From positions 14,739 through 78,738 of the forward strand of contig DATAYY010000022.1 in assembly GCA_036272325.1 (NCBI GenBank): a stretch of 64,000 nucleotides of DNA. Direction: 5' to 3'. A program made the translations under genes and the position numbers. This DNA comes from Caldimonas sp. Its GTDB lineage: Bacteria; Pseudomonadota; Gammaproteobacteria; Burkholderiales; Burkholderiaceae_C. Of this stretch, positions 43,785 to 53,731 are shown piece by piece. Positions within the stretch are counted from its first letter, which is position 1; each line of letters begins with the position of its first letter. The notes beneath the pieces are model-generated. The model was not told the origin of the DNA. It ran no database searches and saw nothing but the letters and a program-made list of their open reading frames with translations.

Positions 43785-44783
43785 TCAGTCGAGAGTGATG
43801 TTGTTCTTTTGGATGATCGGCCGCCAGCGCTCGATATCGGCGGCGAGAACGGCGCGCGCTTCGGCCGGCGTGTCGGCGACGACGTCCATGTACTGCAGCT
43901 TCAGCCGCTCGCGGACATCGGGCTCGGCCAGGATCTGGACCAGCTCGTCGTGGAGCTTGCGCACGATCCCGTCCGGCGTCTTCGCGGGAACGACGAAGCC
44001 CATCCAGGCATCGGCCTGGATGTCCTTCAGGCCGCTTTCGGCGAGCGTCGGCAGCTCGGGCAGCGCGCCCGAGCGCTTGCCCGTGGCGACGGCGAGCGCC
44101 TTGAACTTGCCGGCCTTGACCTGCGGCATCACCGCAGCCGCGGGCAGGACCGCGATGTCGGCGTTGCCCGACAGCAGCGCAGTGACCGCCGGGCCCGAGC
44201 CAGCATAGGGGACGTGGACGACGCTGGTGCCGCTCTTCGTCGCCAGCGCTTCCATCGCCAGGTGCGAGATCGTGCCGGCGCCCATCGACGCGTAGTTGTA
44301 CTTGCCCGGGTTCTTCTTCATCAGGGCGACGAGCTCGTCGGTGCTGTTGACGCCGAGCGTGCTCGGCACGACCAGGACGCTCGGCTGCGTCGCCGCGATG
44401 CTGACGAGCTCGAGGTCCTTCGCCGGGTCGTACGGCATCTTCTTGAACAGCAGCGCGTTGACGCCGAGTGGGCCGGCGATGCTGACGCCGATCGTCTGCC
44501 CGTCGGGGGCTGCCTTGGCGATCGCGTCGGTGCCGAGGTTGCCCGCCGCGCCGGGTTTGTTGTCGACGATGATCGGCTGGCCGGTCCGCTGGGCAAGCTT
44601 GTCGCCGACGATGCGGGCGATGATGTCCGGGGTCGAGCCGGGGCCGTACGGGACGACGATATGCACCGGGCCCTTCGGCCAGTTGGCGGCGGGTGCCGAT
44701 TGCGCGGCTGCGCCGATCGCGCCGGTGGCGACGGCGAGCGCCAGCGCGGTGCGCGCGCAGGTCAGTAAAGCGTTGCGAATCAT
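43785..44783 (-). CDS. Bug/TctC tripartite tricarboxylate transporter substrate-binding protein
   Basis: Signal peptide; [32 protein letters not shown]. Confidence 0.95.
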   Translation of the reverse strand: MIRNALLTCARTALALAVATGAIGAAAQSAPAANWPKGPVHIVVPYGPGSTPDIIARIVGDKLAQRTGQPIIVDNKPGAAGNLGTDAIAKAAPDGQTIGVSIAGPLGVNALLFKKMPYDPAKDLELVSIAATQPSVLVVPSTLGVNSTDELVALMKKNPGKYNYASMGAGTISHLAMEALATKSGTSVVHVPYAGSGPAVTALLSGNADIAVLPAAAVMPQVKAGKFKALAVATGKRSGALPELPTLAESGLKDIQADAWMGFVVPAKTPDGIVRKLHDELVQILAEPDVRERLKLQYMDVVADTPAEARAVLAADIERWRPIIQKNNITLD

Positions 44784-44849
44784 CGTCCCGGTCCTCTTCG
44801 AAGGTTAGGATTCTGGCCGCGTTTCGCCTGCCATCGGATTCCCGCGACC

Positions 44850-45782
44850 ATGACTTCCAAGCCTGCCGCCGCCGTCGCCGCCACCGGCCAGATGCACGAC
44901 CTCTCGCACCTCGCGCCGCGCGACAAGGCCGAGATCCTGGCTCAGGCGCTGCCGTATATCCGGCGCTTTCACGGCAAGACGATCGTCATCAAGTACGGCG
45001 GCAACGCCATGACCGACGCCGGCCTGCAGCAGGACTTCGCCGAAGACGTCGTGCTGCTGAAGCTGGTCGGCATGAACCCGGTCGTCGTCCACGGCGGCGG
45101 GCCGCAGATCGAGGAAGCGCTCGCCAAGATCGGCAAGAAGGGCACCTTCATCCAGGGCATGCGCGTCACCGACGACGAGACGATGGAGGTCGTCGAGTGG
45201 GTGCTCGCCGGCCAGGTCCAGCAGGACATCGTCGGCCTGATCAACGTCGCCGGCGGCAAGGCGGTCGGCCTCACCGGCCGCGACGGCGGGCTGATCCGTG
45301 CCAAGAAGCTGCGCATGCTCGACCTCCAGGACCCGAGCAAGGAGCACGACGTCGGCCTGGTCGGCGAAATCGAGTCGATCGACCCGAGCGTCGTCCGCGC
45401 GCTCCAGGAGGACCAGTTCATTCCGGTCGTCTCGCCGCTCGGCTTCGGCGCCGACAACGAGAACTACAACATCAACGCCGACGTCGTCGCCGGCAAGCTC
45501 GCCGAGGTCCTGAAGGCCGAAAAGCTGATGATGCTGACCAACACGCCGGGCGTGCTCGACAAGGCCGGCAAGCTCCTGACCGATCTGTCAGCGCGCGAGA
45601 TCGACGAGCTGTTCGCCGACGGCACGATCTCGGGCGGCATGCTGCCGAAGATCCAGTCAGCGCTCGATGCGGCGAAGAACGGCGTCAACACGGTGCACAT
45701 CATCGACGGTCGCGTGCCGCATGCGATGCTGCTCGAAGTGCTCACCGAGCAGGCGTACGGAACGATGATCCGCTCGCGCTAA
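44850..45782 (+). CDS. argB: Acetylglutamate kinase
   Basis: [33 protein letters not shown]. Confidence 0.98.
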   Translation: MTSKPAAAVAATGQMHDLSHLAPRDKAEILAQALPYIRRFHGKTIVIKYGGNAMTDAGLQQDFAEDVVLLKLVGMNPVVVHGGGPQIEEALAKIGKKGTFIQGMRVTDDETMEVVEWVLAGQVQQDIVGLINVAGGKAVGLTGRDGGLIRAKKLRMLDLQDPSKEHDVGLVGEIESIDPSVVRALQEDQFIPVVSPLGFGADNENYNINADVVAGKLAEVLKAEKLMMLTNTPGVLDKAGKLLTDLSAREIDELFADGTISGGMLPKIQSALDAAKNGVNTVHIIDGRVPHAMLLEVLTEQAYGTMIRSR

Positions 45783-45886
45783 CAGTGGACGCCAGAGGCG
45801 TCGGCCGCTGCCGCTTGGCGGGAGGGGAGCGCAGCGGGGCGCGGGCAACCGGGGACGGAGTCGGACAACCGCACGCGGCTCGCCGC

Positions 45887-46585
45887 GTGTGGTTGTTCGA
45901 CCTCGACAACACATTGCACGACGCGTCGCACGCCGCGTTCGGCGAGCTGCACGCCGCCATGGCCGACTACGTTGCCGCGCACCTCGGCGTCGACGCCGTC
46001 GAAGCCGGCCAACTCCGCGAGCGCTACTGGCTGCACTACGGCGCGACCTTGCTCGGCCTGGTCCGCCACCACGGCGTTCGTGCGGCGCACTTCCTCGCCG
46101 AGACGCATCGCCTGCCCGGCCTCGAGGCGCGCCTGCGGACGAGCGCGCACGATCGCTCGGCGCTGGCGCGCCTGCGCGGCCGCAAGTTCATCGTCACCAA
46201 CGCGCCGCGCGCCTACGCGATGCGCGTCCTCACGACCTTGCGCCTGCTGCGCCATGTCGACGGCGTCATCACGATCGAGGACATGGCGATGTTCGGAGCG
46301 CTCCGGCCCAAGCCCGACGTGCGCATGCTGCGCCGGATCGCGGCGCGCCTGAGGGTGCCGCCGAGCCGCTGCGTCCTGGTCGAGGACACGCTCGCCCATC
46401 TGAAGGCGGCGCGCGCGGTCGGCATGCGCACCGTCTGGATGCAGCGCTATCTCGGCGGACGCTTTCGCGGTACCCGTCGCGATCCCGCCAACGCGGGCGC
46501 GCGATCGCCGACGCGCCGCGCGTGCCCGAACCCGCTCTACCTCTATGCCAAAATCGGCGCGCTCCGGCACCTGGCACGTTTCTGA
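45887..46585 (+). CDS. HAD-family pyrimidine 5'-nucleotidase-like protein
   Basis: FDLDNTL, YGATL, TNAP, KPD, VEDT; start uncertain (GTG 45785 or 45887). Confidence 0.88.
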   Translation: MWLFDLDNTLHDASHAAFGELHAAMADYVAAHLGVDAVEAGQLRERYWLHYGATLLGLVRHHGVRAAHFLAETHRLPGLEARLRTSAHDRSALARLRGRKFIVTNAPRAYAMRVLTTLRLLRHVDGVITIEDMAMFGALRPKPDVRMLRRIAARLRVPPSRCVLVEDTLAHLKAARAVGMRTVWMQRYLGGRFRGTRRDPANAGARSPTRRACPNPLYLYAKIGALRHLARF

Positions 46586-47301
46586 TGACGCCTTCCTCCG
46601 ACCTGCCTGCCGGCACCACCGGCGACGCCGAGGAAGACGTGAGCGCCGGCCCGGCGTCGCTTCCCGATGAGGCGATCGTTCCCGGTGCCGCGCGCGCGGC
46701 CGCGCCGGCGCTGCCCGCGCGCAAGCGCCCGCGCCCCGGCGAGCGCCGGGTCCAGATCCTCGAGACGCTGGCGACGATGCTGCAGGAGCCCGGCGCCGAG
46801 CGCGTCACGACGGCGGCGCTCGCGGCCAAGCTCGACGTCTCGGAAGCGGCGCTCTACCGCCACTTCGCGAGCAAGGCGCAGATGTTCGAGGGACTGATCG
46901 AGTTCATCGAGCAAAGCGTCTTCACGCTCGTCAACCAGATCGTCGAGCGCGAGTCCGATCCCGGCACGCAGGTCCAGCGCGTCCTTGCTGTCCTGCTCCA
47001 GTTCGGCGAGAAGAATCCCGGCATGACGCGCGTCATGGTCGGCGACGCGCTGGTGTTCGAGAACGACCGCCTGACGGCGCGGATGAACCAGTTCTTCGAG
47101 CGGATCGAATCGCAGCTGCGCCAGAGTCTGCGCCTGCACGCCGAGGGCAAGGCCTCGACGACGCCGACGGTCGACGCCAACGCGCAGGCGTCGGTGCTGA
47201 CCGCGTTCGCGATCGGACGCCTGCAGCGGTTCGCGCGTTCGGGGTTTCGCAAGAGCCCGACCGAGCATCTCGACGTCGCGCTGCGCCTGTTCGCGGCGTG
47301 A
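46585..47301 (+). CDS. slmA: Nucleoid occlusion factor SlmA (TetR family)
   Basis: TGATG coupling; TTAALAAKLDVSEAALYRHFASK. Confidence 0.93.
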   Translation: MTPSSDLPAGTTGDAEEDVSAGPASLPDEAIVPGAARAAAPALPARKRPRPGERRVQILETLATMLQEPGAERVTTAALAAKLDVSEAALYRHFASKAQMFEGLIEFIEQSVFTLVNQIVERESDPGTQVQRVLAVLLQFGEKNPGMTRVMVGDALVFENDRLTARMNQFFERIESQLRQSLRLHAEGKASTTPTVDANAQASVLTAFAIGRLQRFARSGFRKSPTEHLDVALRLFAA

Positions 47302-47311
47302 GCGGCGGAGG

Positions 47312-48007
47312 GTGCGCGTGACGACGACGATTGCCGCGGGCGGTCGCCCGCTCACCTTGCTGCCCGAAAAGGCGGCGTTCCTCGCCGGCAGCCGGACGCT
47401 TCTGGTCGCCGACGCGCACCTCGGCAAGGCGGTGACCTTTCGCGCCCTCGGCGTTCCCGTGCCGCACGGCACGACGACGGAGACGCTCGAGCTGCTGTCG
47501 CTGCTGGTCGGGAGGTGGCGCGCGCGCCGCATCGTCTTCCTCGGCGATTTTCTCCATTCGGCACACGCGCACGCGCCGGCGACGCTCGGTGCGCTCGCGC
47601 GCTGGCGCCGCGCGCACGCGGCGCTCGAGCTCGTCCTCGTGCGCGGCAATCACGACCACCGCGCCGGCGATCCGCCGTTATCGCTCGGCATGCGCGTCGT
47701 CGACGAGCCGTTCGAGGCCGAAGGCTTCGCGCTCTGCCACCATCCGCGTCCGCGCCGCGGCGCCTACGTCCTCGCCGGCCATCTCCATCCCTGCGTCGGC
47801 ATCGGCGGCCGCGCGTTCGACCACCTGCGCCTGCCGTGCTTCTGGCTCGGCGATGAGGTCGGCGTGCTGCCCGCGTTCGGCGCTTTCACCGGCATGCATC
47901 CGATCCGCGCCGGCGCGAGCGATCGCGTCTTTCCGATCGCCGACGGCGCGGTCGCGGCGCTGCCGGGCCGCGAGCGCGGCACGGCGGGCGACCGGCGCGC
48001 CGCCTAG
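47312..48007 (+). CDS. pdeM: Ligase-associated DNA damage response metallophosphoesterase PdeM
   Basis: ADAHLGK, FLGDFLH, RGNHD, HHP, GHLHP, LPAFG. Confidence 0.88.
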   Translation: MRVTTTIAAGGRPLTLLPEKAAFLAGSRTLLVADAHLGKAVTFRALGVPVPHGTTTETLELLSLLVGRWRARRIVFLGDFLHSAHAHAPATLGALARWRRAHAALELVLVRGNHDHRAGDPPLSLGMRVVDEPFEAEGFALCHHPRPRRGAYVLAGHLHPCVGIGGRAFDHLRLPCFWLGDEVGVLPAFGAFTGMHPIRAGASDRVFPIADGAVAALPGRERGTAGDRRAA

Positions 48008-48013
48008 TCCGCG

Positions 48014-48886
48014 ATGGCATTCGACTCCGCTTTGCTGCTGCAGCTGATCGCCCGTGCCGAGGCGCTCGTCGGCCGCCTCGAGGCGGTGCTGCCGCATCCG
48101 CTCGCGCCGCCCGACTGGAACGCGTCGATCGCGTATCGCTACCGCCGCCGCGGCGGCGGCCGGCTCGACCCGGTCCGCCACGTGGCGACGATCCGGCTCG
48201 CGTCGCTGGTCGAGGTCGACGTGCAGAAGGAAAAGCTGGTCAGGAACACCGAGCAGTTCGTCGCCGGCAAGGGCGCGAACAACGTGCTGCTGACCGGTTC
48301 GCGCGGCACCGGCAAGAGCTCGCTCATCAAGGCTTGCCTGAACGAGTTCGCGGCGCAGGGGTTGCGCCTGATCGAGGTCGACAAGACCGATCTCGTCGAC
48401 TTGCCGGACATCGTCGACCTCGTCGCTGAGCGGCCAGAACGTTTCATCGTCTTCTGCGACGACCTCAGCTTCGACGAAGGCGAGCCGGGCTACAAGGCGC
48501 TGAAGTCGATCCTCGACGGCTCGATCTCGGAAAGCTCGGAAAACGTGCTGATCTACGCGACGAGCAACCGCCGCCACCTGCTTCCCGAATACATGAAGGA
48601 GAACCTCAGCTATCGCCACACCGAGGACGGCGAGGTTCATCCGGGCGAGGTCGTCGAGGAGAAGATCTCGCTCTCCGAGCGCTTTGGCCTGTGGGTGAGC
48701 TTCTATCCGTTCACGCAGGACGAGTACCTCGCGATCGTTGGCCAGTGGTTGCGGGGCTATGGCGTCGGCGCCGCACAGATCGCCGCGGCCCGCCAGGAGT
48801 CGCTCGTCTGGGCGCTCGAGCGCGGCTCGCGCTCGGGGCGCGTCGCCTACCAGTTCGCCAGGGACTACGCGGGGCGGCACGCTTGA
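48014..48886 (+). CDS. DUF815-family AAA+ ATPase
   Basis: NNVLLTGSRGTGKSS, FCDDLSF, ATSNRRHL, SLSERFGL. Confidence 0.92.
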   Translation: MAFDSALLLQLIARAEALVGRLEAVLPHPLAPPDWNASIAYRYRRRGGGRLDPVRHVATIRLASLVEVDVQKEKLVRNTEQFVAGKGANNVLLTGSRGTGKSSLIKACLNEFAAQGLRLIEVDKTDLVDLPDIVDLVAERPERFIVFCDDLSFDEGEPGYKALKSILDGSISESSENVLIYATSNRRHLLPEYMKENLSYRHTEDGEVHPGEVVEEKISLSERFGLWVSFYPFTQDEYLAIVGQWLRGYGVGAAQIAAARQESLVWALERGSRSGRVAYQFARDYAGRHA

Positions 48887-49350
48887 GCGACGCCGGCCGA
48901 CGGGCGGCCGAGATCGTCGACGTCGCGGTCGGCGTGCTGATCGACGCCGACCGGCGCTTCCTCCTCACCTCGCGTCCGGCCGGCAAGGTCTACGCCGGCT
49001 GGTGGGAGTTCCCGGGCGGCAAGCTCGAGCGCGGCGAATCGGTCGTGGCCGCGCTCGCACGCGAGCTCCACGAGGAGCTCGGCATCGACCTCGTCGACGC
49101 CCGGCCCTGGAACACGACCCGCGTCGACTACGCCCATGCCCGCGTTCGTCTCCACTTCTGCAAGGTCCTCGCGTGGCGCGGCACGTTCGAGATGCGTGAA
49201 GGCCAGGCGATGGCGTGGCAGTCGCTGCCGGTGACGGTCGCGCCGGTGTTGCCGGGAACGCTGCCGGTGCTCGACTGGTTCGCCGCCGAGCAGGGCTTCG
49301 TCGGCGCGACCTGTGTCGCCGCGGAGACGGCCGGTACACTGAAGAAATGA
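48883..49350 (+). CDS. MutT-like Nudix hydrolase (8-oxo-dGTP diphosphatase)
   Basis: TTG start overlapping upstream TGA; [13 protein letters not shown]...RELHEELGI. Confidence 0.9.
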   Translation: MSDAGRRAAEIVDVAVGVLIDADRRFLLTSRPAGKVYAGWWEFPGGKLERGESVVAALARELHEELGIDLVDARPWNTTRVDYAHARVRLHFCKVLAWRGTFEMREGQAMAWQSLPVTVAPVLPGTLPVLDWFAAEQGFVGATCVAAETAGTLKK

Positions 49351-49745
49351 GCTGGCTCGACGAGGTGAAATGGGACGCTGACGGCCTCGTTCCTGCGATC
49401 GCGCAGGAGGTCGGAAGCGGCGACGTGCTGATGCTTGCGTTCATGAACCGCGAGGCGCTCGCCCGCACCGCCGAGATCGGCGAGGCCGTCTACTGGAGCC
49501 GGTCGCGCGGGCGGCTGTGGCGAAAGGGCGAGGAGAGCGGCAACGTCCAGAAGGTGAAGGAGCTTCGCCTCGACTGCGACAACGACGTCGTCCTGCTCAG
49601 GGTCGAGCAGACCGGCGGCGCGCCGGGCGAGCCGACGATCGCCTGCCACACCGGCCGCCACTCGTGCTTCTTCCAGCGCTACGACGACGGCGACTGGCGC
49701 GCCGTCGACCCGGTCTTGAAAGACCCGGAACGCATCTACAGATAG
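49347..49745 (+). CDS. hisI: Phosphoribosyl-AMP cyclohydrolase
   Basis: [29 protein letters not shown]. Confidence 0.96.
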   Translation: MSWLDEVKWDADGLVPAIAQEVGSGDVLMLAFMNREALARTAEIGEAVYWSRSRGRLWRKGEESGNVQKVKELRLDCDNDVVLLRVEQTGGAPGEPTIACHTGRHSCFFQRYDDGDWRAVDPVLKDPERIYR

Positions 49746-49752
49746 CGTCGCG

Positions 49753-50115
49753 ATGGACGAGCGGACCGCCAAGGGCAACGAGACGCTGGCAAGACTCGCT
49801 GGCGTGATCGCTGCGCGGCGAGGCGCCGACCCGGCGACGAGCTACGTTGCGCGCCTGGTCGACAAAGGCGCCGACGCGGTGCTGAAGAAGATCGGCGAGG
49901 AAGCGACCGAGGTCGTCATGGCGTGCAAGGACGGCGACCCGAAGCGGATCGTCGCCGAGGTCGCCGATCTCTGGTTCCACACCATGATCGCCCTCGCCGG
50001 CCACGGCCTCACGCCCGGCGACGTCCTCGCCGAGCTCGAGCGGCGCGAAGGCCAGTCGGGGCTCGAGGAGTTCGCAGCCCGCAAGATGAGCAGCAGGGAG
50101 CAGGACGGAACATGA
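49753..50115 (+). CDS. hisE: Phosphoribosyl-ATP pyrophosphohydrolase
   Basis: [23 protein letters not shown]. Confidence 0.96.
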   Translation: MDERTAKGNETLARLAGVIAARRGADPATSYVARLVDKGADAVLKKIGEEATEVVMACKDGDPKRIVAEVADLWFHTMIALAGHGLTPGDVLAELERREGQSGLEEFAARKMSSREQDGT

Positions 50116-50489
50116 ACGACGTCATCGAAGTCCCCGATTCGCAGCAGTCTTTGAAGACGATCGGCCACATCAGCTACTTCATGCACGCGGTGGTGGCGGT
50201 CGGTGCGGTGCTGCCTGGCGTGCAGGCGAGCGTGCTGCTGCTCCTGGTCGCGTTCTGCCTCGACATGATCAAGCGCGATGACGCACGCGGCACCTGGCAG
50301 GAGTCGCACTTCAGCTGGCGCATTCGCAGCGTTCTCTGGGCCGGCGGCCTCTATCTGGTCACCGCGCCGCTCTGGCTGCTCCTCCTCGTTCCCGGCTGGA
50401 TCGCCTGGGCCGTGATCTCGATCTGGTTCCTCTACCGCATCGCGCGCGGCTGGGTGAATCTATCGTCGAACACGCCGATGCCGATGTGA
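50112..50489 (+). CDS. DUF4870-like membrane protein
   Basis: Three TM; [13 protein letters not shown]; ATGA-coupled to hisE. Confidence 0.8.
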   Translation: MNDVIEVPDSQQSLKTIGHISYFMHAVVAVGAVLPGVQASVLLLLVAFCLDMIKRDDARGTWQESHFSWRIRSVLWAGGLYLVTAPLWLLLLVPGWIAWAVISIWFLYRIARGWVNLSSNTPMPM

Positions 50490-50496
50490 GCCGGCG

Positions 50497-50844
50497 ATGA
50501 AGACCGACCCGAGCTGCATCTTCTGCCGGATCGTCGCCGGCGAGATCCCGAGCCAGAAGGCCTACGAGGACGACGAGATCCTCGTCTTCCACGACATCGC
50601 GCCGTGGGCCCCCGTGCACGTGCTGATGATCCCGAAGGAGCACATCGCGACCTTCTACGACGTCGGCGACCGGCAGACGGCGATGCTCGGCCGCATGATG
50701 TCGCTGGCGCCGCGCCTCATGCGCGAGCTCGGCGTGACGAACGGCTTTCGCACGCTCGTCAATACCGGCGAGGACGGTCGCCAGGAGGTGCAGCACCTCC
50801 ACGTTCACGTCATGGGCGGTCCCCGTCCGTGGGCGAAGGGCTGA
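50497..50844 (+). CDS. Histidine triad (HIT) nucleotide-binding protein
   Basis: CIFCRI, APVHVLMIP, HLHVHVMGG. Confidence 0.96.
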   Translation: MKTDPSCIFCRIVAGEIPSQKAYEDDEILVFHDIAPWAPVHVLMIPKEHIATFYDVGDRQTAMLGRMMSLAPRLMRELGVTNGFRTLVNTGEDGRQEVQHLHVHVMGGPRPWAKG

Positions 50845-50882
50845 CCTAGAATCTTCGCCAGTTTCCTCATCGGAGAACCACC

Positions 50883-51122
50883 ATGGGTTCGTTCAGCATC
50901 TGGCACTGGTTGATCGTGCTCCTGATCATCGTGCTGATCTTCGGCACCAAGAAGCTGAAGAACATCGGCAGCGACCTCGGCAGCGCCGTCAAGGGCTTCA
51001 AGGACGGCGTCCGCGACGGCACTGCCAGCCCCGCCGATGCGGCGCCGCCGCAGCGCGTCGGCGCCGAGCGGACGGCGGATCCGGGCACCGTCGACGTCGA
51101 GACCAAGACGACGAGGAGCTGA
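50883..51122 (+). CDS. tatA: Tat translocase subunit TatA
   Basis: [28 protein letters not shown]. Confidence 0.97.
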   Translation: MGSFSIWHWLIVLLIIVLIFGTKKLKNIGSDLGSAVKGFKDGVRDGTASPADAAPPQRVGAERTADPGTVDVETKTTRS

Positions 51123-51141
51123 GCTCCGCGCGGTTCGCGCC

Positions 51142-51621
51142 ATGATCGATTTCGGATTCGACAAGCTGGCGCTGATCAGCGCCGTCGCTCTCGTCGTCAT
51201 CGGGCCGGAGAAACTGCCCCGTGTCGCGCGCACCGTCGGCACGCTGCTCGGCAAGGCGCAGCGCTATGTCGCCGACGTCAAGGCCGAAGTCAACCGCTCG
51301 ATCGAGCTCGAAGAGCTGAAGAAGATGAAGACCGAATTCGAGGACGCCGCGCGCAACGTCGAGAGGACGGTCTCGAGCGAGATGAACCAGACGGCCGCCG
51401 ACCTGAACGCCGCCTGGCAGCCGCCCGCGGATACCGTGCCTGCACTCGGCAGCGACAGCCCGCTGGCGTCGCCGCCGCCGGCCTATCGGCACCCGAAGAA
51501 GAACTGGCGCGTCAAGCGCGGCGCGATGCCGCAGTGGTACAAGCAGAAGAACGGCATTCGCGCGCGGGCGCAGTCGGGCGCCGCGCGGGTGGCGCGCTTT
51601 CGGCCGCCGCGCCCGCTATGA
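51142..51621 (+). CDS. tatB: Tat translocase subunit TatB
   Basis: [20 protein letters not shown]. Confidence 0.95.
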   Translation: MIDFGFDKLALISAVALVVIGPEKLPRVARTVGTLLGKAQRYVADVKAEVNRSIELEELKKMKTEFEDAARNVERTVSSEMNQTAADLNAAWQPPADTVPALGSDSPLASPPPAYRHPKKNWRVKRGAMPQWYKQKNGIRARAQSGAARVARFRPPRPL

Positions 51622-51695
51622 AGCCTTCACGTCAGCGCCGTTCGTTGCGGCGGCCGCGCCTGCCCGCTGGGCGGCCCGGCGCGCGGCTGGTCTAG

Positions 51696-52487
51696 ATGGC
51701 CGGCGCCGACAAGGATCCCGACGAGCTTGCGGGAACCGAGCAGCCGTTCGTCTCGCATCTCGTCGAGCTGCGCGACCGGTTGATCCGTTCGGCGATCGCG
51801 GTGCTCGTCTGCGCGGCGGTCCTGTTCTTCTATCCCGGGCCGTCGGCGCTGTACGACCTGCTCGCAGCGCCGCTGGTCGCGCACCTTCCTTCCGGCGGGA
51901 CGCTGATCGCGACCAACGTCATCTCGCCGTTCCTGGTGCCGATGAAGATCACGCTGATGGCGGCGTTTCTGATGGCGTTGCCGGTCGTCCTCTACCAGGC
52001 GTGGGCATTCGTCGCGCCGGGCTTGTACATGCACGAGAAGCGCATGGTCCTGCCGCTCGTCATCTCGAGCACGATCCTGTTCTTCCTCGGCGTCGCGTTC
52101 TGCTATTTCTTCGTCTTCGGCAAGGTCTTCACGTTCATCCAGAGCTTCGCGCCGAAGAGCGTCTCGGCGATGCCCGACATCGAGGCTTATCTCAGCTTCG
52201 TGATGACGATGTTCATCGCCTTCGGTGCCGCGTTCGAGGTGCCGATCGCGGTCGTCGTCCTGGCTCGCCTCGGCGTCGTCAGCATCGAGAAGCTGAAGAG
52301 CTTTCGCGCCTACTTCATCGTCCTCGCCTTCATCATCGCCGCGATCCTGACGCCGCCGGACGTCGTCTCGCAGCTCGCGCTGGCGATCCCGATGTGCCTC
52401 CTCTACGAGATCGGCATCTGGGCAGCGCAGATCTTCATCCGCCACACCCAGGCGCCGGAGTCAGTCGCCGGCAGCGCCAGCGACTAG
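51696..52487 (+). CDS. tatC: Tat translocase subunit TatC
   Basis: SHLVELRDRL, FVAPGLY, FEVP, TPPDVVSQ. Confidence 0.97.
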   Translation: MAGADKDPDELAGTEQPFVSHLVELRDRLIRSAIAVLVCAAVLFFYPGPSALYDLLAAPLVAHLPSGGTLIATNVISPFLVPMKITLMAAFLMALPVVLYQAWAFVAPGLYMHEKRMVLPLVISSTILFFLGVAFCYFFVFGKVFTFIQSFAPKSVSAMPDIEAYLSFVMTMFIAFGAAFEVPIAVVVLARLGVVSIEKLKSFRAYFIVLAFIIAAILTPPDVVSQLALAIPMCLLYEIGIWAAQIFIRHTQAPESVAGSASD

Positions 52488-53659
52488 CGCTCGACGGGCT
52501 GCGGACGCAGCGGCGGGCGCTGGCCGACGGTCACTTCGATGTCGAGCGGCTTGGCGCCGCGCTGGACGCTGACGGTCGCCGTCTGGCGCGGCTTCAGCGC
52601 CGCGACTGCGTTCAGCAGCTGCGGCGTGTTGCTGACCTGGACGCCGGCGACCTTGAGCACGACATCGCCAGGACGCAGGCCCCCTTCGCTCGCCGGCCCA
52701 TTCTGGACCACGCCCGTGATGAGAACGCCTTGCTTGACCGGCAGGTCGAGCGTCTTGGCGATCTCGGGCGTCAGGTCGCGCGGCTCGACGCCGATCCAGC
52801 CGCGCGTTACCCGCCCTTCCTTGATCAGGCTGTCCATCACCTGGCGGGCCGTGCTCACCGGAATCGCGAAGCCGATGCCGAGGCTGCCGCCGGTGCGCGA
52901 GAAGATCGCGGTGTTGATGCCGAGCAGGTTGCCGGCGACATCGACCAGGGCGCCGCCCGAGTTGCCGGGGTTGATCGCGGCGTCGGTCTGGATGAAGTTC
53001 TCGAAGGTGTTGATGCCGAGCGCATTGCGGCCGAGCGCGCTGACGATCCCCGAGGTCACCGTCTGGCCGACGCCGAACGGGTTGCCGATCGCGAGGACGA
53101 CGTCGCCGACCTGGAGATGCTCGACGTCGCCGAAGTCGATCGACGGCAGCTTGTCGAGCTCGATCCTGAGGACGGCGATGTCGGACTCGGGGTCGGTTCC
53201 GATCGTCTTCGCGCGGGCGTTGCGGCCGTCGCCGAGCTCGACCTCGATGTCGTCGGCGCCCTCAATGACGTGGTTGTTGGTGAGCAGATAGCCCTCGGGC
53301 GAGACGATCACGCCGGAGCCGAGGCCGACCTGGCGTGCCTCGGGCTGACGCGCGCGGTTGCCGAAGAAAAGCCCGAACGCGGGGTCGACCTGGCGCGCGG
53401 TGCGGCTCGCGGTGATGCTGACGACCGCCGGCGACGCCCGCTTGGCCGCCGCGGCGTAGCTCGTCGCCGCCGTCCCGGTTCCGATCAGCGAGACGCTGCG
53501 CACGGGCGCCGGCAACGTGACGGCCGGCGCTGCCGGTGCGACAGCGGCGACCGCGTCGGGCTCGCGCTTCAGCCAACCGGGCTTCAGCGTCGCGACGACG
53601 AACAGAAGCGCGACCGCGATCGTCACGGTCTGGGAGAACAGGAGCCAGGCCTTGCGCAT
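52484..53659 (-). CDS. HtrA/DegS-like serine protease with one PDZ domain
   Basis: TNNHVI, SDIAVL, NPGNSGGAL triad; N-terminal TM. Confidence 0.93.
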   Translation of the reverse strand: MRKAWLLFSQTVTIAVALLFVVATLKPGWLKREPDAVAAVAPAAPAVTLPAPVRSVSLIGTGTAATSYAAAAKRASPAVVSITASRTARQVDPAFGLFFGNRARQPEARQVGLGSGVIVSPEGYLLTNNHVIEGADDIEVELGDGRNARAKTIGTDPESDIAVLRIELDKLPSIDFGDVEHLQVGDVVLAIGNPFGVGQTVTSGIVSALGRNALGINTFENFIQTDAAINPGNSGGALVDVAGNLLGINTAIFSRTGGSLGIGFAIPVSTARQVMDSLIKEGRVTRGWIGVEPRDLTPEIAKTLDLPVKQGVLITGVVQNGPASEGGLRPGDVVLKVAGVQVSNTPQLLNAVAALKPRQTATVSVQRGAKPLDIEVTVGQRPPLRPQPVER

Positions 53660-53731
53660 CGCTCGACGGGGGAAGTGAGCGGCCATTATGGATTCGTGCC
53701 GCCGCTTGTCGCCGCGCTTCACAATCGACGC

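Noticed and set aside
39992-43798. Very long alternative-frame and antisense ORFs (e.g. 1268 aa here; also 16576-18807 minus, 12546-14030 minus, 5925-7379 plus)
   Set aside because: Shadow ORFs expected from high-GC codon bias; R/A/G/P-rich, no motifs, and they overlap well-supported genes
46572-46586. TGGCACG as a sigma-54 -24 element
   Set aside because: The -12 position reads TGAT rather than TTGC, and it lies inside a coding 3' end
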